Below are positions 54,130-64,000 of a DNA stretch of 64,000 nt, piece after piece (the first letter of the stretch is position 1; every line of letters begins with the position of its first letter). The position numbers were made by a program, and so were the translations under genes. Under the pieces are notes generated by a model. That model was given only the letters and a program-made list of their open reading frames with translations. It was not told the origin of the DNA and did no database searches. The DNA comes from Octopus vulgaris (Eukaryota): contig OX597823.1 in the NCBI GenBank assembly GCA_951406725.2, positions 41,416,001 to 41,480,000 on the forward strand, read 5' to 3'.

Positions 54130-54240
54130 TTGTTTTTCATGCTTTACTCTAAGTTGAAAAAGTCGCAAAGGCTGAAACCGGTACTAAAATGTTCTTCATG
54201 ATAAAATTATTTTATCATTTTCTACCTTGTCTTATTTTCT
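54130..54240 (+). ncRNA. Hammerhead motif, U3-A8 variant, in a short insert next to (TA)n
   Basis: UUGAAAA (54154-54160)-AGUC-GCAAA-GGCU-GAAA (54174-54177)-CCGG-UA; palindromic stem III ACCGGU; GUA triplet. Confidence 0.65.
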
Positions 54241-54290
<50 letters not shown>

Positions 54291-54656
54291 ATAGTGGTAC
54301 AACAATGCACCAATATTTACTGGAAATAGCAGTCGATAATATACAACACTATAGCAAAAGCTTCACTGCGTATATATTGGCAAAGATGTTTGCAGGCAGT
54401 GAACATGAAAAATTTCATCTTACCTGTAGGAAGAACATTAGATAAATTTACAACCCAGATGGGAATAATCTAGGACCTAGGTTTTGAAAACTCCAAAATA
54501 CTTTTTTTTTAATGTAAATTTGATTAGTTCTCTTCAGCTAGATTCACTAGACAAAATTTTGAATGTTGTTACATCAGTATCAGTATACTTGCCTGAATGT
54601 CTAAGCCATTAAGAGAACCAAGAATTGTGAAAAGTTTTCAAAGAAAACATTATTAA

Positions 54657-54715
<59 letters not shown>

Positions 54716-54974
54716 CACACATAGCAGGTATCAGCATAATATCCATCTATGGAATTTAGGTACAAGGCTCACGTCTATAATAAATGAAAGACCCCTGTCC
54801 ACAGTGCCTTGCAGTGGGACTGAATACAGATCCATGTGGTCATGTCTCTGCTTATATCTACATCTTAGAATAAACAATGAAATTAAAACAAAAATTCAAA
54901 TAACAATTTTCTCATCATCATCTTCATAATCATTGTCATCATTCAAGATTGGATAAAAAAATAATAATAACAAC

Positions 54975-55420
54975 TGTTTCAAATGTTAGTACAAGGCCAG
55001 GAATTTTGGGCAGAGGTATTAGTTGATTACATCAAACTCAGTGCTCACTGGAGCTTATTTTATTGACTCCAAAAGGAAGAAAAACAAAGTTGACATCAGC
55101 AGGATTTGAACTCAGAACATAAAATGCTGGAAGAACTACTGCAAAATATTTTTTCACACCCACAAAGGATTCATCATTTTGTTGCCCATAACTGGATAAA
55201 TAATAGTTTTTAATTGAGGCAACAAATCAAGAAGTTTTGAGAAGTGGCTGGTTGATATTGTCAACACCAGTATTTGGCTGGTGTTGTATTTTGTTAATAT
55301 TGAAAGGATAAAACACTAAAGTTGTCCTTGATAAGATTTGAATTCAGAACATGAAGTATTAGAAGAAATATTGCAAGGCATTTTGTTCTGATGCTCTTGC
55401 AATTCACCAGTTCCCTGCCT
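54975..55420 (-). mobile_element. Two tandem SINE family C copies
   Basis: Units at about 54975-55190 and 55205-55420. Confidence 0.8.
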
Positions 55421-57127
55421 TTTAGTGACTAAATAATAAAAAAGTAAATCAACCATTTATCCTTTATTGCTGTTGTTTTAGCTGGGATGTATCATAATAT
55501 TTAATTTAGTTGCCTCCATCCTGCAAAATCTTATCTGCTTAAATCATCTTCCTTAAGGAGCAAAACTGGCTGAGTATCTGAGTTTGTCTACGGCAATATT
55601 GTTGTTGTTCTTGTCATTTTATCTACTAAGCTATAAAATCAGTGTTTTAACTGCTACTTAAGAATAAAGTAGTTGGTTAGAAAACTTTTATGGAAAACAT
55701 TGTGTTGTTATAGTACTTATTGTGAAAATTCCGACCATACTATGAAAATATTCCCCATTTGCATAACTATCAAACGCATTATGAGCAGAGGGGAAAATAT
55801 TATGCTGTAAATATGTTTATACAGATAGATAAAAAAAAATCTATTCAAAGTTATACTTTGTGATGTGAGCTAAATTAAAATTCTAGTATGAGGAAATATA
55901 TAAAGCCTCAATGTTCAATGTCTTTTTCTTTTTTTAATCTTTTATTTATTAAAAATCAAAGCCTGTAAATATTAATGGCAAACTCTGGCTTCAGCAAAAG
56001 AGCAATGTTAAAATTTCCAATTTAGAGATACCTATGATTTTGTTCAATCAAACTGTGTGAATGTGATGAAAGAGATGAAGCGTATATCAACGATATTGAA
56101 TTTTAAAAACCTTCAATTTGACAATATTTCTTTTATTCATGGCATGAAATTGCTTTCTTTGCTCTTTCAACTTAATATAATTTCACTTTGACAAAAGTTT
56201 ATCTTGATTAAAGTGTCTATAATTAAGATATAATCATGTGACGTTTCATCAAAGCCCTAATTGCTATCATCATAAAAGTTGTTCTTTCATTTCTCTGTTG
56301 AACATTCAGTACATCTGTTATTTATTCTTATTAGATAAAGAATTGAGACATTAGAAACTCCCTTACCTCCTCCAGCTCATTCTTCATCAATTCTTCATTT
56401 CATCTTTCCATTCTGAGGCTTGTTATTTCCCCCTAAACTAATTTCTATATATCTTTAATAACAAGCTGACATGCTGGTTTCTCTTCCCAAATTGAGATAA
56501 CAGCTGCTAATAATAAAAGACATAATGTCATCTTGAGAGTAAAACAGGATGTTTTTCAGTTACACTGTCTTCTAAATTTAATTTCAGCTTAATAATGCAA
56601 CTCATTGAATGAAAATTCTCAGTAACTGGCTTCAATGAGAATGCAAGAATTCTGAAATACTGTACTTATTGGCATAAAAGACACATGGGCATATTAGATG
56701 CACATCAATTTCAGCAGTGCATATTCACGGTAAAGAGTGCTGGAGACAAAAGTAGCTTGTTGGGGTTCCATCCTCACATACAGGTGGTTTGAGATATTTT
56801 TGGAAAAAGGTGCATTTTATAAACCATCAAATATAGTACCCCCTTATTTCTCACAAAGTCTTAGGTTCAAACACCTTTTACTGCTCTACATTGTGTTCCT
56901 CCTTCAGTATGTTTGCTTTAGTTTCTATGTAGTCTTTCATCACTCCCAATAATCATGTAGGACTTGTCTGTGTGTTATTGTTTGTTTTCCATGCTAGCAT
57001 GGGTTAGACAATTATATATTATTGAGACATTGTTTTGCAAACAGAAACATAAGCACACATACATGCACACACAAACATACATACATATACATACGTACGT
57101 ATGTATGTATGTATGTAGGTATGTATA

Positions 57128-57427
57128 TCACCGTGACCGACCAGGCTATCAGATCATGCTACACATCGCTGGTCACAATGCGCTTCACATTGTTTTAGCC
57201 TTCAAATGACGCCACCCTGCTGGCCAAGCAAGCAGGCCAACAGAAGAAAGAGTGAGAGAACGTTGTGGTGAAAGAGTACAGCAGGGATCACCACCACCCC
57301 CTGCCAGAGCCTCGTGGAGCTTTAGGTGTTTTCTCTCAATAAACACTCACAACGCCCGGTCTGGAAATCGAAACCGCGATCCTACAACCGCGAGTCCACT
57401 GCTCTAACCACTGGGCCATTACGCCTC
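57128..57427 (-). mobile_element. Young tRNA-derived SINE family E
   Basis: Minus strand GGCGTAATGGCCCAGTGGTTAGAGCAGTGGACTCGCGG..GGTTTCGATTTCC (A and B boxes), CpG-rich body, flanked by microsatellites. Confidence 0.88.
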
Positions 57428-57430
57428 TAC

Positions 57431-57477
<47 letters not shown>

Positions 57478-59491
57478 AAGAGACTTATTGCGTAAGGCCA
57501 GAACAATACAAGAAGATATAATGTAAACTACAAAATGAAAACAATATTAAGTTTGAATTTTACCTTATATTTCTATATTTCAGGGCTATGACCCCTTCTT
57601 CAAGCCAATAGTTTCAAAATGTGCTTAAGGGCCTATGTGAGAGAACCATATGGTGGGGAACCAAACTTCTTAAGCCCACAATCATACTTGCAGCTGTACC
57701 ATTCCTGGAACTATACCATGCTTGCATCTACAGAATGTGCAATGAAATTGAAAGGGATGTAGCACATGACATAAAATTTTTTTGATATTTGCGACTTTTA
57801 TTTATATATAATAAAAAACCCATTATAATCAACAACCTAGTTCTTCTCAACTGACATTTTACTGTTACAAGAGGATTCTAGTTTAAGAATTTCCTTTTGC
57901 CAGAAGCCCAATTCTGTATGAATAATAGGCATAGGGTTTATGATATCACAACATGCTCATATATCTTCCTTTCCTTAATAACTTAGATAATTACAAAATG
58001 GCATCACACTGATTCTATTTTAATACCTGCTACAAGAGGCACCCATCATTGTCACATCTGTACTGTCCATGCTTAAGAGAGAAATCAAGTGATGGTATTA
58101 CTTACCTGGAATTAAGTTGCAGTTATCAGCCATCACACGCATACATGCATGAATGCATCCATACATATGCACATGTGGGCACACGTGAACACACACACAC
58201 ACATAGTTACAGTAAATCCCAGTTGTTTCCTCTCGAAAAACTTCTGCTTATTCCATGATTGCAGTCAATATGTATCCATAGTTGCTGCAGAATATATATT
58301 GAAATTGAGAATTATGGAAATATTATTTGCAGAGTTATTGTATAACAAAACAGAAAAATAGAAATTTTTGTGTATTATCTATTCTCCATTACATGTAAGA
58401 ATTATTTTTCTCTGTTTGCTGAATTTGTAATAGGAAATTCTTTGTGTCTGTCTAGCTTGAAAATCTTTATAATTCCTTTAAGAAAATGAAACACATGTAA
58501 TGGAGACTAAATAATACCAAACAAATTTCCATTTTCCTGTTTTGCTTTATATATATATATATATATACATATACATACTTATGTATGTATAAGTGTCTAT
58601 GCATTCATATATTTATATACACACGGATGCTCTTTATATATTTATATTCTCTATAGAAACTTAGTAAGCGCCAGAACTTCACAGGCAGTTTGGTATGGGA
58701 AGTGGTTTTGCCCAATCATAATTGTTGTAGCTGCAATAATTAAACTTTGTGTAACAACAAATTATATTATGTACAGATGGGGCTCTACTGACATAGTTAT
58801 TACTAGCACACTTCCTAGCTAATAGATCACAACCCACAACTCACACATTCACAATGCTTAAGCGAAATAATTAGTTTGTAATCAATGCAGTATCGATTAA
58901 CTTTTAAATTAGATAAAGACTTTGGAAATACATCTAATGCCATTGAGATGTGACCAAAACACTATTTGATCTGGTTTAATTAGATAAAGTGCCGCTAATT
59001 ATCAATAAGATAATAAGCTAGTATATTATCAGTCAGCTTATTAGGATTTTGCTATGATGGTTAAGAACAGCCATGCTAATGAAGTATTCTCACGCAGGCC
59101 ACAAACATAAAAGAGGGAAGAGTAGGTGAAAATAACTCTTGATGTGTATATTTATTTACAAATGAAGCTTCTAATATATCTAAATAATTTACCTATATTT
59201 TCATAAAAATTAATTTGAGGGCTTATGTGTTGTGCACACCTCTTCTGCAAGATTTACCAAGTCATTTATTCATCACAAGTTTGCTTAATTATTCTTAGCA
59301 GAGATGGCCAAAAAGTGTTGTTCAGTAAATGAACAAATTTTAGACAAGTGATTATTAAAACAAACTCAGTGTTTAGGGTTATAAATAAGATGGGTTAAAT
59401 GGTTGAATATTTTACATCTCATATAAAGTATCTTAAAAAATATTAGTATCAAGTTCAGAAAACACGTGTGGCTAGGCCTCTATTCCATATA

Positions 59492-59897
59492 TCTTCATCA
59501 TCATCATTTAATATCTGTTTTCCATGCTGGCATGGGTTAAACAGTTTAATCAGAGCTGGTAAACCAGAGAGCTGCACCAGGCTCCACTTACCGGTTTTGA
59601 GTTGGTTTCTAAGGCTAGATGCCTTTCCTAATGCCAACCACTCTACAGAATGCACTAGGTGCCTTTTACGTGTTTCTGATATCGGTGCCTCTTGCATGTC
59701 ACCAGTGTATATACCTTTTACTTGTCACTGGCACTGACCATGACCCCGATTTCACTTAGCTTTAAATGTTTTTAAAAGCACAACAAATTGCTAGAATTCT
59801 TGGTGACTTGTCATCACCTCTATGGGGCTCGTCAGCTAAAGCCTCTATTTCAGCACCTCATCCCACACCTTCATGGTTCTACGTCTTCCACAATTAA
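59492..59897 (-). mobile_element. Repeat family B contiguous with RTE ORF 3' end
   Basis: B copy 59492-59740 continues into decayed GRRRT.KVWDEV..VL coding remnant similar to 8675-8820. Confidence 0.75.
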
Positions 59898-60489
59898 AGA
59901 CCAACACCTCATCAGAGATCAGCATACAGAATTTGTATTCACATCACATTACAGCTATCCTTCAAAAAAGAAAAAAAAACCCATAACATTCAAATGCTAC
60001 CTGGAAAAATCTCTCCCAGAAATATCAGACAAACCTCTGAAAACAAAACTCATTTGAGTCAACAACAAATCCCTATTCAAGTGTGCTATGGTGTCCCAAA
60101 ATATGCCTTAACAGACTTCCCCATATGATGCCAGTCATTTAAATACAGCCTAGCCCAACAATAGATGAAACCTAAGTTGCTCTGGGTAACATTATATATC
60201 AAGTTACTGTGTGAGTTCATCAAGAACAGAGAGCAAGACTGAGGACTTAAACTGCATCTTTCATAGATAATGATAAAAGATTGTTGATGTTGTTTTCATT
60301 GATAGTCACAAATCAATTTCGATTGAACAGGTCTCCAATCAAAAGCATTTCTGTTGTGACCATTATGTCATTATTTCAATGTGTGTGTTGTGTAAAAATA
60401 ATGTTTCCTTCTTCAGCCATACTGACTCATAAGGGCTGGTTTCCCATGCCAGCATGGAAAACAGTTTCCATGGTATATATATTCCACAC

Positions 60490-60665
60490 CTGAATGGGAT
60501 GCCGTTATGTCACAGGATTACTCATTTTTGTCAGCTGAAGAGACTGGAGCAACATGAAGTGAAATGTTTCGCTCAAGAGCACAGCACATCGCCCAATCCA
60601 GAAATCAAAACCACAATCTTACTATCATGAGTCTAACACCTTCAGTGTGAAGCCATGTGCCTCCA
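60490..60665 (-). mobile_element. SINE family D
   Basis: gactggagcaacatgaagtgaaatgtttcgctcaagagcacagc..accacaatctta. Confidence 0.8.
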
Positions 60666-61136
60666 CTGTGTGTGTTTGTGTGTGTGACTTCACTGGCAGA
60701 TTTAGAAGAACATTTGACAAAATGTTAAATGTTTTGAAGTTCTCAGTACCCTTGTTCAAATTCCATTGAAGCCATCTCTTGAAAATCAATAAATATCAGT
60801 TCAACACTGGGTTCAGCTTCTTTGTACTTCTAGAAAACTGATTTAAAAATTAACAAAGCAGGGTTCATTTGAAATAGGGCTGATATTTTTAACAAGTTTG
60901 TAACTTGTGTGGTTGCATGAAGGCTTGCTTACCGACTCATACAAAACCATTTCTTTGATATACCACATATATGAATATATACATACATGTGTGTGTATAT
61001 TATGATTGTATGTTTGTGGTGCAAAGGTATGATTGCTTGTAGTACCTAAATTGAAGGCATATATATATATGTATATATTTATGTGCATTTGTGCATGTAT
61101 ATATGTTTGTATGTGTGTGTGTGTTTGTGCATATAC

Positions 61137-61171
<35 letters not shown>

Positions 61172-61499
61172 CCTTGCTGCGCATTTGTTTTGGATTTTTA
61201 AATTCCTGGATTTTCCTGAAGAGAATGCTGCAAAATGGTCTCCTTATTCAATCCGAATTTGGAAATTTGCGGCCTTTGAAACATGTGTAGAAAATAATAA
61301 AAGGAATTCTGTAGCATCTTCGTTCAGCTCCATTTCTTCCCTTCGCTAAATATATCAAGCTTCAATTATCCGCGCTAAGGCACGGTTGCGAAACCCCAAG
61401 GTCGTAACTTCAACCGTGTTTTTTCTGTTGTGATTTTTGCTACCCAGGTATCGGTTAAATTTTGAATAATCCTTAACAAGATAATTCATTTATCCATTT

Positions 61500-61502
<3 letters not shown>
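61172..61502 (+). mobile_element. About 330-bp Penelope-like/retrozyme-like insert in (TA)n
   Basis: (TA)n on both sides; CpG-retaining; carries intact hammerhead near its 5' end. Confidence 0.7.
61201..61308 (+). ncRNA. Type I hammerhead ribozyme with intact core
   Basis: Stem I UUUUC/GAAAA plus AAUUCCU/AGGAAUU; CUGAAGA 61216-61222; stem II GAAUGCUGCAAA/UUUGCGGCCUUU; GAAA 61278-61281; stem III ACA-UG-UGU; GUA triplet, cleavage after 61289. Confidence 0.82.
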
Positions 61503-61544
<42 letters not shown>

Positions 61545-61759
61545 AAATTGTATCTTATTTGCTTCATCAGAAGAGGGAAGTTCCTCAGAGAAATAACTGA
61601 TTGTTTACAAAGTAAACATTTAAACAATTAAAGAGTAAAAAAAAAACGTAAGATATAAAAGATCAGAGATCAGGATGGGCAAGTTTGTGGGAGGTTGTGA
61701 CAAGATGCATAATATAATAGATAGGATGTGATAAAATCTAGAGAGAGAGAGAGTGAGAA

Positions 61760-61794
<35 letters not shown>

Positions 61795-62216
61795 TTAATT
61801 TGGTGAATGTGAGGAGCAAGGGAAAATGCTACAAATGAAGTGGAGGGGGGGATCAATCAGTGCATATTTCTATTTTCAGCTTTAGGTTATGTATATGTCA
61901 AATATTGTCCATTTAGAATGCAAATATTAACTGAAATTTGAATAATCAATGCAATTTGTAGGCAAGAATCAAAATGCAGTAAAAAATACCTTTCACATAA
62001 TCTCACACACAGACACACGCATACATAAGCATGCATACATACATAAATATGTGTGTGTATGTGTGTGTGTGTTTGTATACACATGCACATATTTAGGGAA
62101 AAAAAACTTTTCCTTCCATATAGGGAAATTTGTTTGGGGATTGAAAATATGCTTGGGTTTTAAAATGAATTTTAGTTCCTTTTAATATTTTTTCCACTTT
62201 ATGTGTGTATATAAAT

Positions 62217-62362
62217 AGGCATGGCTGTGTGGTTAGATGTTTTCTTCTCAATTTCGTGGTTCCAGGTTCAATCCCACTTTGAGCAAATGTCTACTATTGC
62301 CACAGTCCAACTAAACCCTTGTGAGTGGATTTGGTAGACTGAAACTGAAAGAAGCCCACTGT
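62217..62362 (+). mobile_element. SINE family A 5' half
   Basis: ggcatggctgtgtggtt..ggttcaatccc..gtgagtggatttggtagac. Confidence 0.8.
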
Positions 62363-62369
62363 ATGTGTG

Positions 62370-62400
<31 letters not shown>

Positions 62401-62910
62401 CATCATCATCATAATTGTTTAATGTCTGCCTTCCATGCTGACGTGATTGGATGGTTTGACAGGAACCATTCAGCTAGAAGACTACCCCAGGCAGCTGTGT
62501 CAGTTTTGGCATGAGTTTTTACGGCTGCATGCTCTACCTAACACCACCCACCCAGCAGAGTGAACTGAGGGCTTTTAAAGTGGCACCAGCACAAGCTGTC
62601 AACCAAAAATGCACCAAGTTACTTTCGCATTAATTTGTCATTAATGAATTGATATTCTCTATTTTAATATATATATCACCATCATCATCATCGTCATCAT
62701 TTAATGTCTGTTTTCCATGCTGGCATGGGTTGGATGGTTTGACTGGGAACTGGCAAGCCAGGAGGCCACACCTGGCTCCTATCTGATCTGGCAATGTTTT
62801 TATTGTTGGATGCCCTTCACAACACCAACCTCTCTGTAGTGTAGTGGGTGTTTTTTATATGTGCCACCAGCACAAGAGCCAGTCAGGTGACACTGGCATT
62901 GGCCACATTC
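62401..62910 (-). mobile_element. Two repeat family B copies
   Basis: 62401-62595 and 62678-62910, each starting with (CAT)n tttaatgtctg..ttccatgc. Confidence 0.8.
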
Positions 62911-62962
<52 letters not shown>

Positions 62963-62964
<2 letters not shown>

Positions 62965-63370
62965 CTCTTTCTCTTTTACTTGTTTCAGTCATTTGACTGC
63001 GGCCGTGCTGGGGCACCGCCTTTAATCGAGCAACTCGACCCCGAGACTTATTCTTTTGTAAGCCCAGTACTTATTCTATCGGTCTCTTTTGCCGAACCGC
63101 TAAGTAACAGGGACATAAACACACCAGCATCGGTTGTCAAACAATGCTAGGGATACAAACACAGACACACAAACACACACACATACAAATATATATATAC
63201 ATATATATGACAGGTTTCTTTCAGTTTCCGTCTACCAAATCCACTCACAAGGCATTGGTCGGCCCGGGGCTATAGCAGAAGACACCTGCACAAGATGCCA
63301 CGCAGTGAGACTGAACCCGGAACCGTGTGGTTGGTAAGCAAGCTACTTACCACACAGCCACTCCTGCGCC
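62963..63370 (-). mobile_element. Young SINE family A, full length
   Basis: CpG-rich, best-preserved copy; minus strand starts GGCGCAGGAGTGGCTGTGTGGTAAG. Confidence 0.93.
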
Positions 63371-63404
<34 letters not shown>

Positions 63405-63631
63405 CATGCTTCAGCACAGTTCCCAGCTAAAAGAATTGTTCACAGGACTTTAGTTTTACTAGAACTACTTTAATAGACACTTCTTCAAATGCCATACAAC
63501 AGGTGAAACTGAAACTTCAGTGGCTGCTAACACTATAATCATGCAAATACACACACAAACACACGTATACGATTATCTTTTTTACATCCTCATCCTTCAT
63601 GCCTTCATAGGTCACGTATAAAATAAAGGTC

Positions 63632-63731
<100 letters not shown>

Positions 63732-64000
63732 TTTATTAAAAGAGCAGCAAAAATATCATAAAAACTGTTACTCAGAGCATATTACTCTACCTCTTGTACT
63801 GCTGTATATATATTAAATTGGTTTACTTTGCATGATAAGTACTAAGCAAACAATGAAGTAAATATTAACAGGTTAGGAATTTTGTTACTTCTCGATGTTT
63901 TAATGAAAATTGGGTGAGTGTTGTTGGCAAACAGGCTGATGACAATAAAATAGCATCTGTGTGTGTGTGTGTGTATGTGTGTGTGTTTGTGTGTGTGTGT

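Noticed and set aside
56367-56412. Minus-strand purine-rich exon candidate ending GAG|gtaagg
   Set aside because: No pyrimidine tract at the acceptor and stops in all frames
57345-57427. tRNA gene
   Set aside because: tRNA-like head continues into a SINE body without a closing acceptor stem or terminator
58099-58109. U1 snRNA 5' end (TACTTACCTGG)
   Set aside because: Match stops after 11 nt; it is simply the complement of a 5' splice-site consensus

Overview
AT-rich, microsatellite-saturated eukaryotic (animal) non-coding DNA. The repeat repertoire looks like an Octopus genome; this is inferred from recalled repeat families and was not verified by search. No host protein-coding gene can be supported: nearly all ORF-track entries are translations of (TA)n/(CA)n/(AAT)n repeats or of SINEs. 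The window holds five or six SINE-like families (tRNA-headed families, an RTE-tail family, and one forming head-to-tail arrays), relics of RTE and R4/Dong-type LINEs, an internally deleted Ty3/Gypsy LTR element, and mariner and piggyBac MITEs. The most notable signal is a set of short, mutually dissimilar inserts, mostly in or beside (TA)n tracts, that carry type-I hammerhead ribozyme cores (CUGAnGA...GAAA...UH with short palindromic stem III). These include U3-A8 compensatory variants, and several are embedded in long fold-back hairpins, as expected for Penelope-like/retrozyme-like mini-elements. Weak minus-strand splice signals (short exon candidates, an AG|GT recursive-type site) and a strong RFX X-box hint that the window may lie inside a very long gene.
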